A stretch of 64,000 bases of DNA from Proteromonas lacertae (taxonomy: Eukaryota). Numbering within the stretch: position 1 is the first letter of the stretch; each line of letters begins with the position of its first letter. Positions 53,040-64,000 of the stretch are shown here, piece after piece. The stretch covers positions 124,001 through 188,000 of the forward strand of contig NGBS01000002.1 of NCBI GenBank assembly GCA_002245135.1, read 5' to 3'. The position numbers were made by a program, and so were the translations under genes. The notes beneath the pieces are model-generated. The model ran no database searches and had not been told where the DNA came from. It worked only from the letters and a program-made list of their open reading frames with translations.

Positions 53040-56000
53040 ATGGCTTTAAGAGCTCATAATAGAGTTAATTCTCACCTAAACAAAAAATTATCACGATCTC
53101 AATCACTAAGTAGCCAAATAAGAAGATATCCAACACTTGATCGTAAATTAGACAGTGTATTGATTAATATTTCTATTCATAGATATCTTTGGAATATCCA
53201 GTATTTGTTTCAAGAGTAAAAGATTTGAAAGAGAAAAAAGAAAAAATGAATGTATATAGAATCATTCTTATGAATAGCCAACTCAACCAAAAAGTTATTT
53301 CACACCTGAGCAAGATATAGATGAATTTATTGAAGAGAAAGCAAGAAAATTAGATTCAAATTACTCTTCTTCAAAGTCTAACCTTTCTACGCCTACTAAA
53401 CCTCACAGATCAAGAACTAAATCAAAGCCAAAACCACAAACAATGCCAAAATCTGCTAAAGAATTTATCGAATTATATGAACCAGTTGCTTGTTTAACTC
53501 CTCAAAGTAGAAGAAGGATGAATGTGAATATCAAAAAAGCATTTACATTAAATGGAAATATGAACGATGATATAGGTAGAAGAAAGTCTTTTTTAAACTC
53601 ACCATATTTATTGAATTCAGCAAGAAGTAGTTTATCAGTCTCTTCTGTAGACACTCCCTTAACATCAAGAACATCATTAATATCACCAAGTTCTACCAGA
53701 AAACACACAAAATCAACTTTCAACTTTGATAATATTAAAAAAGATGATGATGATGAGAAACTTGAACATATTGAAACAGATGTTGATGTAATGGTAAAGA
53801 AATATGTTGAAACTCCACTTTATGATAAAATAGCAATAAAAAGAGATGATTTTAATTTGAATTCTGAAGCTATTTGGACTAGAAGTGATGAAGTAGCGTA
53901 TATATATATATATATATATATTATAATATTGTATTATAAGTATAATATAAATGATAACATTATGTAATGTCATTGTTTCTTAATTCTAGTGAGTTTTTAG
54001 ATTTGCATCATAAGGAAATTACTGAAATTAGAAAGAAAATTGATGAAAAGAAGTTTATTAAAGAGAAAGACATTGAAAATAATATGAATAATAAAAGAGA
54101 TATAAATATAAAAGTAATTGAAGATGGATATGGAATAAGATTACATGAAGAAGTAAGAAGAAGAAAGAGTTTAAGTATTTATTTAATTTCTTTTTATTGT
54201 TTAATTAGTTGAGAATGATATAAATGACCTTATTTATATGCCTGCAGGTTTATATCCAAATTGTGCAACAGATAAGAATAGAGAAAGAATATTAAGTGGA
54301 AAAGAAAGAGATTTGGCTTTGAATAAAGTATCTGGTGAAATAATGGATAGATATAAAAACAGAATAGATGCATTTATAAAAGCAAGAAAAGATTATAAAT
54401 CGAGATTAATATTAGAAGAAACGAGAAAAAGAGATAAAATAAATGAGAGATTAAGACAGAGAAGACTGTTGGAAGAAAGAAAAACTGATTTCTATTATAA
54501 AGTAGAGAAAATGAGAAAATATTTACAGAATTTGGAATATAGAAAAATGATAAGATCGAAAATGCAAAAGGATAATAAAAACTATACATATTCAGTAAAG
54601 TTAAATACAATTCCTAAAACATACCAAAAAACATTTGATAAGTTTGAAAATAGTATGAAATATTTCAACAAAGATGATATGCAAAACAATCGAAATGTGA
54701 ATTCGAGAAGAATAATGGAAAGAAGTAGAAATTATATAAATAATATAAAGAATGGGTATGGAGGTGGGAATAAAAAAGTAAAAGAGAGTAAAATGACTAG
54801 AAATAATAAGATAGTTGTTATTCAAGTATTGATTATATATTTATTTATATTGTATTAGAATGCTTTAAGAAGTTATATTTGTCGTTTATATACAAGAGCT
54901 TTAAGTTATTTATATGATACAAGCCATATTATTAGAATATTAGAAACATATGATGATAAAAAAGATGGATATTTGGATGAAATAGGATTAGTTTCTTTTT
55001 GTCAATTATGTAAATTCAATGACAAAGTTACAGTATAAATCATTAGTTTTTTTATTCTGTTTTAGAGTGATAATCTAATACTTCTTTATAATGATAAAAA
55101 GCATATTGAAGATTTAAACATTAACCCAATTAATACAACCAATGGAAAGCCAGTAATATTTGTAAAAATAACAGATGTAATTAATTGGTATATAAGAAAC
55201 AAGCCAAGATTCAGTGGATTGAATATTATAGAAATGATGAAGATTGTTAATGTATTTGTATTATGGTTATTATGTTAATAGATTGCTAGAAATATTAAGA
55301 GTAGAGAAGTGCTTATATTAAATGATATGAAAAAGGATAATGATGATGAAAATGGTGATAATAATGATAATGATAAAGAAAATAATGAAAATAAAGAATC
55401 AGAGGAGAACAAAAATAGAAATAGAAATAGAATATTGTTATTAAGTGATGATCCAAGAATATTATTAAGAGAAGAATGCAATCAGTTTGTCAGATCAAGA
55501 AAGGAATCTAATAAAGACTATTATAAGAATAAATGTATATAATATTTATTTATCTTATTCTATTTCTTAATAGCTGATTTAGATAAACTGAAAGAATCAT
55601 TACCTGAAAAAGAAAGAGACATTTTAACAAAAGGATTAACAGAGTATAAAATAGTAATTATTCTATATTTTTTTGTTAGAGAGAATATTGTTAAGCATCC
55701 AAAAGTACAATCAGTAGAAATACATCGAAATGTAATTAACTGTTTAAAATCTGCAACAAATGAGTTAGATAGATTGTCAAATAAACTGAATGAGATTGAA
55801 ATAGAAAAATTAGAGAAGAAAAAGAAGTATGTAAATTCTATGAGAGATGAACCATCTCCAAAACCTGTAGAAAAGAAAAAAGATAAGATAAAACATGAAA
55901 AAGTAATTCAACCGTTATTAACTACTAGTTATGGATGGCCAGCAGATAGAGATGATTGTTCACTATATCATTATCCAAAAGAAAATATACCAATTGTTAA

Positions 56001-56330
56001 AGTATGTTAATTGTATTTTTATTTTCTATTTAGAAGCCAGATATGCCTGTTTACAGTGAGAAACCAGCAATAAGACCCTTAAAAAAGAAGAAGAAGAACT
56101 TATCAGATGATAGTACAGTTAGTATAAAGAAAATGAGTATTTTAGAAGAACAAACCAGAGTAAAGAATAATGTCGAGTTTATAAGCCAGAATGAAAAATA
56201 TAACTACAAAGAAATAAAAGAGATAAAAGAAAGAATAAACAAAGAAAATGAATGTGAAAATTTGATTGATAGAATATGGGAAAATCCTGATGAATTTTTG
56301 AAAACTCAAAAGAAAATAGAATCTAAATAA
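53040..56330 (+). CDS. Large basic, low-complexity coiled-coil protein with a possible EF-hand (multi-exon)
   Basis: ATG 53040; about ten GT-AG introns link the ORF fragments; ETYDDKKDGYLDEIGL EF-like loop. Confidence 0.6.
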
Positions 56331-56426
56331 TTTAACATATTTATTTCATTTAGTTTTGAATGATGATTAATTTAAAATCGGTTTGATCGATAATCGAGTA
56401 ATAATCGATAAATACTCGATTTTAAA

Positions 56427-56990
56427 ATGACTGAAATGATGGAAGCTGTTAATCTACAAAAGTATAAACGTTTTCAGACTGTGTCTATATTTATTCTTTT
56501 TGGATTGGGTTGCATCTGGCATGATTTATTAGACAGATTGGGCAATTATTATTTGTTTGCATTATTTTGCCCAATAAATGAGAGTGTATGGGAGCATGGG
56601 AAGATTGTATTTTATCCGTTAATGATTTGGTCAGTAGTGGAGTATCTATATTTAAAACCTTCAAATTTAAGTTATTTTCTATTAGTAAAATGCTATTCAA
56701 TGTTTTATGCTGTTTTATTAGAATATGCATATTATTATACATATACAGGAATGTTAGGTCATGGTATTTTAATAGTGGATATACTAGATGTATTAGTTTG
56801 TATGATTTATGCATGCCATTTGAGTTGTGAATGTTATACACATAAATTATCTTCATTTCAATCCAAAATGTGTTTCATTTGTGTTATACTATTACATGTT
56901 ATGTATTGTTCATTCACATTTTATCAACCTCATATTCCTTTTTTCTATTGTACGATAACAAAGCGATATGGATCAGATTTAAAATACTAA
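56427..56990 (+). CDS. DUF6512-like bacterial-type membrane protein, intronless
   Basis: GxIWH...LFCPINESVWEHGKIVFYP...YYTYTGMLG...VDI...FTFYQPHIPFF, matching the Firmicutes pattern as I recall it (PVNESxWEHxKL). Confidence 0.75.
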   Translation: MTEMMEAVNLQKYKRFQTVSIFILFGLGCIWHDLLDRLGNYYLFALFCPINESVWEHGKIVFYPLMIWSVVEYLYLKPSNLSYFLLVKCYSMFYAVLLEYAYYYTYTGMLGHGILIVDILDVLVCMIYACHLSCECYTHKLSSFQSKMCFICVILLHVMYCSFTFYQPHIPFFYCTITKRYGSDLKY

Positions 56991-57224
56991 CAAATTTATA
57001 ATTCTATATTTATTATCAATTTATAACCATATTTATCCATTAAATATGTTAATGAATTAATTTTGTGTGTAACATGTTTTGTTTGTTGTTAAATGATGAA
57101 AAACATTTCAAAATACACAAATCAGAATCAAACTTATATTTAAAATTTTCATTTTTTAAAGTATTTACATAAATACTACATCTTTTATTTACCTATTATT
57201 TATTAAGTAACTTGTTTTTTTTTT

Positions 57225-57956
57225 ATGGATAATCTAAACACAGATTATTCAAAACTAATGGAATATTTGAGTGTTGTAGATAGAACTCTAAATTTATCAG
57301 AAAAACTTCCAGAAATAAATAGATTGGTCCAGTTTAATAAATCGATGTTAATGCCTTCAGATAGAAGAAATTTGCTTATGTATTCAAAATTGTTGAGACC
57401 TGATGTTTTAGAGAAGAAATGTATATACTGCATGGATTTACCACCCAAAATAAACTACAAATTTGTTGAAAAAGAGACTATAAAAGAAACAGATTTTAAG
57501 CCAACACCTATTCATATCTTTGGAAAGTCATATCCTGTTCAAAAAGTCTGTGTATATGAAAGAACATGGTTAGAGGAGTATTATTATAATTCTTTCAACA
57601 CTGTTTCAAATTCTATACTTAAAGAAGAAAAAAGTTCTCATGAATTAAATGATAGAGAAGATAATGATCGATTGATTAACCTATTAGAAGAAAAGGAAAA
57701 GAAGAATAAAGAAATTAAAGATAAACTATATGAATACTTTAAACAACAAGAAGAAGAAGGTGATAATATTGAAAATGAAGATACATATTCCAAACATTCA
57801 GATATAGAAGTCCAACAAAGTGATAAAAAATCTGAAATATCTGAAGAACCAAAGCAAAGTGAAGAAAACCACTTAAAAATAATTATAGACACACCAAAAG
57901 ATCATAGCAACAAAAAATCAAAGCGTTGTTGCCGTTGTTGTTGTAATCTTTTATAA
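57225..57956 (+). CDS. Family member 5: KLMEY domain, no TM, polybasic Cys-rich CaaX-like end
   Basis: YSKLMEYLSVVD...LRPDVLEKKC...VYERTWLEEYYYN; ends KKSKRCCRCCCNLL*. Confidence 0.8.
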   Translation: MDNLNTDYSKLMEYLSVVDRTLNLSEKLPEINRLVQFNKSMLMPSDRRNLLMYSKLLRPDVLEKKCIYCMDLPPKINYKFVEKETIKETDFKPTPIHIFGKSYPVQKVCVYERTWLEEYYYNSFNTVSNSILKEEKSSHELNDREDNDRLINLLEEKEKKNKEIKDKLYEYFKQQEEEGDNIENEDTYSKHSDIEVQQSDKKSEISEEPKQSEENHLKIIIDTPKDHSNKKSKRCCRCCCNLL

Positions 57957-57999
57957 TTTATCTATTTTTCTATTATTTATCCATTATTGTATTAATAAT

Positions 58000-58007
58000 T
58001 GTTTGTT
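58000..58007 (+). promoter_or_regulatory. TGTTTGTT candidate 3'-end processing element
   Basis: 43 nt after stop 57956; the same 8-mer lies at 51212, 57080 (+) and 20045-20038 (-), each on the sense strand after a stop. Confidence 0.45.
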
Positions 58008-58175
58008 ATAAATAATGTTTACTTTAAATATCTATATAAATCACTGAAAACACTCATAAAACAAAATATTCATCAAACAAAAAATTACATCCGTTATATT
58101 TTTCTTTTTGTTTTCTTTCATTTTTTATTTAAACTAACCAGCCAATATTTATTTGTAATATAGTTTTATTAACAA

Positions 58176-59594
58176 ATGGAAGAATTAAACGAATGTTATA
58201 GTAAACTGATGGAGTATGTCTACTGTATAGATAGATGTTTAAATCTGTCAGCAAACAATAAAAAATTAGCTAGATTATCACAATATAAAAATCCTAATAT
58301 AAATGAAATGGATCATCGAAATTTAATCATAGTGTGTAGAGATTTAAATCCTTTGACTCTAGAAGGGAAATGTTTGTTAGAAACTTCAAATTCTAAAATT
58401 ACTAAATATACTTTTAAAAAACCTCAAGAAGTGAAAGATGATATGTTTAGAGGTACACCAGTTAATTATGTAGGTAATAGTTATGAAGTAAAAGAAGTGT
58501 GTTTGTACAATCAAAAATGGCTTAAAGAGTATTACACTAATCCCTACGAACTTTTATCTAAAGCAGGAACAAAAAAAGAAGATCAAATAGAATTAATAGA
58601 AAAGCAAAAGTTAAAGAAAGAGAAAAGAGAAGTAAGAAAAACAGGAAAAGCTCCAGTAAAAGGTTCTCCACTAGTTGTCAAAACAAATGGAGTAAAGAAT
58701 CATAGTAATCCATCCAGTAATGTATCAACACCTGCATTTTGTAAAAGAAATAAAAAGAATGAAAATAATACATCAACACCAGATAGAAAGAAACAATTAC
58801 AACATGAACAACAACAACAACAACAAAAGCAAGATCTACCATCACCAAATTGTACACCCAATTCAACACCAATTATTCTTCCAAGAAAGACAGTTTTACA
58901 ATCACAACATACTCCTGTTAGTGTAGTACAAATGGATAAGAAAGGATTACCAGTTACTGTTACTAGAACACCAATGCAACAACCACAAGTAGTAGTAGTT
59001 ACACCAACTAAACAATATACTCAACAACCACCTTTACAACAACAACAATATAATAATAATAATTTCAGAGTATTAACAACAGCTGAACCAATAGTAACAC
59101 CAACATCAAAGAAATATAATAATAATAAAGAAAAAACAAAATCAAAGTTAGTTATTGATATAAAAGAACCAGAAAAGAAAGAGAAATTTGTATGGTGTTG
59201 TTGTGAAGAAAGTAAAGGAACAGCTTGTTGTTATGACTTTGCAAGAAATGTAATAACATTTTGTTTATTAATAGTATTTCTAACTATGTTAACTCTACGA
59301 TTTGTGAAATATATGAATTATTCTAGTAGTTTATTACAGAAATATGCAATTGTTGCTATGTTTAGTTTATTAGGAATTGTGATAGAAATATTGGAAATGT
59401 GTATTAATTGCTGTAAAATACAATCACTTCATTATATGGGTTATAGAATATATAGCGGTGTTATATCATTGTATTATATATTAATTGCTATTTATACATT
59501 GAAATGTGATTCTTCATTACCATATATGTGTTTTTTCTGTATGGCATTTGTTCATTTGTTTGGAATGTGCTGGAAAAAACCATCAGAGAAGTAG
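58176..59594 (+). CDS. Family member 6: KLMEY domain + Q/P-rich linker + Cys-rich segment + 4TM
   Basis: YSKLMEYVYCID...LNPLTLEGKC...YNQKWLKEYYTNP; WCCCEESKGTACC; LLQKYAIVAMFS...YMGYR TM block. Confidence 0.85.
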   Translation: MEELNECYSKLMEYVYCIDRCLNLSANNKKLARLSQYKNPNINEMDHRNLIIVCRDLNPLTLEGKCLLETSNSKITKYTFKKPQEVKDDMFRGTPVNYVGNSYEVKEVCLYNQKWLKEYYTNPYELLSKAGTKKEDQIELIEKQKLKKEKREVRKTGKAPVKGSPLVVKTNGVKNHSNPSSNVSTPAFCKRNKKNENNTSTPDRKKQLQHEQQQQQQKQDLPSPNCTPNSTPIILPRKTVLQSQHTPVSVVQMDKKGLPVTVTRTPMQQPQVVVVTPTKQYTQQPPLQQQQYNNNNFRVLTTAEPIVTPTSKKYNNNKEKTKSKLVIDIKEPEKKEKFVWCCCEESKGTACCYDFARNVITFCLLIVFLTMLTLRFVKYMNYSSSLLQKYAIVAMFSLLGIVIEILEMCINCCKIQSLHYMGYRIYSGVISLYYILIAIYTLKCDSSLPYMCFFCMAFVHLFGMCWKKPSEK

Positions 59595-59791
59595 TTATTT
59601 ATTAGTTTTATATTGTCTTATAATTATTCTATATTTTATATACTCTATACATATATATTTTGTTATGATTTTTGAATTGGATTAACAAAACACAAAAAAA
59701 AATGTCATAATAAAATAACAGCACTTATTAACGAACACATGATATTATATATGATTATATAAATATTTTTATTAAATAACAAAACACATTT

Positions 59792-61172
59792 CTATTTCAT
59801 CACATTTTCATCCTTACACTTTTTCATATGCTTCAACACGACTTTCAATGATTTACCTGGCCTACTACAGTATCTGCATTGAAAAAATGGAGGATTTGCT
59901 TCAACATATCTTTTAGTATGAAATAATATTAAATTATATTCTATTAGATGTTGATAAATTAGCCTAATTGCTTCATTACAACAAAAACCACACTTTTGCT
60001 TAATATATCTCACTATCTATTACAAAAATAAAAACTCAAATATTAAAATACTTTACTAATATAGCCAGAGCATTCGTATTCATTTATACGATCTATTTTT
60101 ATTATAATAATATATATATATATATATATATTGATACTTTCATCATACCACTGTACAAATGAATCAAATAATATTTTATTTTTACCTGTTGGATCTACCA
60201 TCTCATAATCCAATATTAATTGCTCATCAGTGATTGGTTCATTTAAAATATCTTTTACTAATATTCTAAACTCATCTCTAGTTAAATATTGTTTTTGACC
60301 ACCATCGCATAATCTGTATAAATATTTTAATCCTTTTTTATATACAGAATCACTTTTTCTTTCTTCCAGAATCTTCTTTATCTTCTTTAATGACTTATTC
60401 TTCTCGTATAGCATTAATCTTTTGAATGATAATTTATATATTATAAATGGATCTGAATGATATGCTATATATTTTATTTCATCCAACATTATATTTAATG
60501 CTTCCTATATATTAATAAATAAATATATATATATATAGTTAATATACAAGTCTTCTTTCTTCTTCTCTTTCTAATTCTTTTACACATTTCCAACTACGGT
60601 ATACTTTCTGTATCTTTGTAGCAGATTGTATTTGTAATACATCTAATCGATTCTCACCTAGTTCAATTGTTGCAGCTTCTTCTTTTATCACTAAATATTC
60701 TCTTAATGTTGGTATTTTAACTTCATGTGAATTGTGTCTATCTCCAAATAAAGCACCTCTTTCTAATGTGATAGAATCATCCAATGAATGCAGTTGAGAA
60801 AATGCTTTATTTTTACTTAGAGGAGTGTATAGACTTGGGATTAAAGGATCTTGAAAGGATCTATTTGTTTTACATTCAGATTCTATATTCACTTGAATAT
60901 CTAAAGATGGTATTGCAACTCTTGGAGTAGAGAAACATGTTGGAAGGGAAATGTGTCTTAAAGCAATCTATGAATTAACAACAATTAAAATACTCTTTCT
61001 GAATTTATACTTTTGCCTGATTTCTCGATGATCTAAAGTGTATTATATATCAAAAAATGCGAATACAAATGAATGAGATTTATCAGGATCAGATAAATCA
61101 ACTATCCATAGAATATTAATTAAATATACGGAATGGATGAACTTTTTTTCTTCCAATCACTTGTTTTAGCAT
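59792..61172 (-). CDS. IQ-motif + EF-hand pair + C-terminal Cys/His zinc-finger-like protein
   Basis: SATKIQKVYRSW (IQ), CDGGQKQYLTRDEF and VDPTGKNKILFDSF (EF), CGFC..HLIEY and CRYC..KHMKKC; about five introns. Confidence 0.7.
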
Positions 61173-61298
61173 AAATGATAGAATTTCATAGAAATAAAAC
61201 GATTCATTTTTGAAACGAATAGTATTTCATTTATGAAATTTTATGTGTTTGATAGCAGCAATAACAATTTAAACAATAGAATAATATAAGTATAAACA

Positions 61299-62297
61299 TT
61301 ATATATCGTTTTCACTATCTGCAGCTTCAGATGAATCATCTTCTTCTCCTGCAGCTTCTGTTTTTTCACCAATTTCTATTTCACTATTAGTAGTCATTAA
61401 AATAATTTCATATCCTTTCCATGATAAGAGAATAGATCTTGCTCTTTCAAAAGAAATCCACAAAGCTGGTCCTTGTCCTCTTAAAGACGTAAGAATTTGT
61501 CTTTCTGGATATTCTCTATCTATATAACTATATTAAATAAAAGCAAATACAAGCATATATCAATGTATAATGATTTGTCAAATGAAACAACAGAATCACA
61601 TCTTCCATTAAAAAGTATTAAAATATCATTAAGAAAAATGACATTAATAATTATTGGAGGGAATAAAAATGATATCTTTGTTAAAAAATTCCACTGATTA
61701 TCAAGCATTACATCTGTATCACTTTTCTTCACTTTTCCAGTAGATGTAATGTATTTACTTATTCCCATAAAATGGATACTTCTTATAGAACAATGATAAG
61801 CCAAATTAAGATGAAGAATAGCAGCATGTATACCCCAATTACCAAAATAACCTGTACTATGTTTGTATATCAATCTTTCATATCCTTTATAAATACGAAA
61901 GTATTTTGATATTAATACCATTAACACTTTCTTTTGATTTACTCTATATATAATAATAATTATTATTATTATATATATATATATATACGTTAAATATTCT
62001 TGTTTATTACTTGAAGTACTATCAACAGATTCAATAGATTTTTTAACTGGAATATTTTCATTTTTTACTTTTTCAGTTGGATTACAATTTATTTCTGTTG
62101 TTTCTGTAGGTTTTGTTACTATTTCATCTATTGTTTCTTCATTATTATTTCCTGTTTTATTTGTATCATTCTCCACTAAAACATCTTGTTCATTATTATT
62201 AACTTCAATTGGAGGTGGAGGTTCTAAATATTGTGATAAAATATTACTACATATTGCTTTGATTATTTTGGAAGATAATTCACAAAATACTTTACTC

Positions 62298-62329
<32 letters not shown>

Positions 62330-62619
62330 TATATTATATATATACATTATCTTTACAATAATTCCTTATTTCATTTTCAATATTTGATAATATTTTGGGA
62401 GATAACATTTTGTATATGAAATTCTGTTTTTCGGTAAGTTGATTCATTAATATTATTTCATAGATATCCAATATATCTTTAGGATGTAACGCATCTATTT
62501 ATTGTTATTAATTTTATATTTGTATATATAATATACTTGATTCATATTTTGATATTTTATTAAAAGAGTTATAAATTGATGCAATTGTTGCAGCTGCACA
62601 TGATGGTCCACTCTATTAA

Positions 62620-62654
<35 letters not shown>

Positions 62655-63239
62655 TTGACCTACCCAACTTTTTAATAATTGAATATTATATTTAGGATGA
62701 ATATTCTCACTGTGACCACATATACATATATTTGGATTATATTCATTTGGAGTATAATAGCAACAAACACAACCACCATCAGGAGGAATTATACGACTAT
62801 CTATACCTTTATCATAAGGAATTTCATAACACTGATTTGTCTAAGTATATAATATGTTTAATAATACATGACATGAAAGAGGATGATGACAATAACACAT
62901 GTAAGTATCAAATTCTGCTTGAGATGGAATTTTACATTCACAAAATTGGCATTTTATGCCATACACTAAATGTGGTGGTTTTACTCTTTTTTGGTCGGTT
63001 GTTATAACTGGATCTTCCTCTACATCATCTGCTGTTAATAAAGCATCTTGTTTACTACTACCATTTGTATTTTCATTAGTATTTGTTTGATTCACTTCAG
63101 ATGAATCATTTTGAGTAGGATTAGCAGATTTATTTGATTGAGCAACCTTTTTCTTTATTTTCTTCTTTATTTTCTTCTTCTTGAACATGTCAGAGTAGTC
63201 CATTAACAAATCTTCTTCTTCGACATTGTTTTCATCCAT
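61299..63239 (-). CDS. Hypothetical protein with papain/C39-like QxGPSCAAA motif
   Basis: Spliced WVGQ|SGPSCAAATIASIYN, STGYFGNWGI, ILTSLRGQGPALWISFERAR..LLSWKGY; several TA-rich introns. Confidence 0.55.
62624..62652. repeat. (TA)n microsatellite inside an intron
   Basis: Direct TA run; similar runs in introns at ~9145, ~53898, ~60110 and ~61972. Confidence 0.9.
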
Positions 63240-63346
63240 AGTTTTGAATTTTTAAAAACTGTTTCAAAAAATATAGTGAGTTTCAATTTCAGTCAAAAAA
63301 CTCAACAACTACAACTACATTTACAAAAATTTAATAAAATTATTTT

Positions 63347-64000
63347 ATGGTGCTAGATACTAAATTGAAAAGCAATATGAAGAGTTTTTCAAACACATAC
63401 AAAAGAAATAAAGGTATTTTATAATTGTTTTGAATAATAGGAGTTACAATTGGTTGGATTATTATTTATGTGGCTATATTAGGATTAGTATATCATTTTA
63501 CAATTCGTTTTACCTCTTATTATTACACTTAATCGCAATTACTTACTTTACGATATTGATAGGGTGGGATACATTCTTCATAAAAATACTTAAAAACAAA
63601 GAGTATGGTTATCTCAACGAAATATTGTTAATGGGTATAATATCTGTTGTTTCAACTGGTTATCTATACCAATATGCTCCATGTTCAGAACAAGTGCTTC
63701 TACATTTTTATTTACTTCTTTTTTCAACGTATAATATTAATAGAATAAAAATCATAATAAAATTAATATAGATGTGTGAATGGAATATCTTCTGCTTATT
63801 GTTCATATTTACACAAACCTAATAAAACTCTATTTGATATTGGTTTTTGGTTATTTCCAGAAATATCTCGTGATTCATGGTTTTTCTATATTGGTGATAT
63901 AATGGATGTAATATTAGTATTTTCGTTAATTACAATATTTGTATTTTTATCTCCTGAAAGTCGATTAAGTTTCTTTTGCAGTTCAATTCGTTTAACTTCT
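63347..64000 (+). CDS. 5' part of an IPC synthase/SMS-like membrane protein (runs off window; one frameshift near 63500)
   Basis: After an intron at ~63729-63771 reads YLHKPNKTLFDIGFWLFPE, like the plant IPCS HxPGPTLxDLGFxLLPE motif; upstream TM segments. Confidence 0.55.

Noticed and set aside
63347..63771. KDEL-receptor-like assignment for the last gene
   Set aside because: The resemblance was superficial and spread across frames; the downstream exon matches IPCS/SMS motifs.
1..64000. Alternative genetic code (stop codon reassignment) as the cause of fragmented ORFs
   Set aside because: Fragmentation is explained by short GT-AG introns and indels; multi-kb exons have no in-frame stops, and TAA, TAG and TGA all end genes.

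Overview
AT-rich, gene-dense eukaryotic nuclear DNA with many very short GT-AG introns (about 25-50 nt) and the standard genetic code. Intron size, gene content and TGTTTGTT elements downstream of several genes suggest an AT-rich Blastocystis-like (opalinate) stramenopile; this is an inference. I reconstruct about 28 protein-coding genes by hand, so exon boundaries and family assignments come from motif recognition, not database searches. The standout is an ~11.7-kb gene (5302-17052) for a giant class C GPCR-like receptor: signal peptide, about nine tandem Venus-flytrap domains resembling bacterial urea/amide-binding UrtA/AmiC proteins, then a GABA-B/Grl-type 7TM. It carries several frameshifts in this assembly. 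Also notable: a six-member family sharing an uncharacterised ~130-aa domain, anchored by 4TM or CaaX; a pseudokinase-LRR protein with introns in register with its repeats; an intronless bacterial-like DUF6512 gene; a MITE-like element with 18-bp TIRs beside a decayed transposase-like remnant; a mastigoneme-like EGF protein and other cilium/centrosome-type genes; and a decayed SMS/IPC synthase. No rRNA, tRNA or CRISPR array was recognised.
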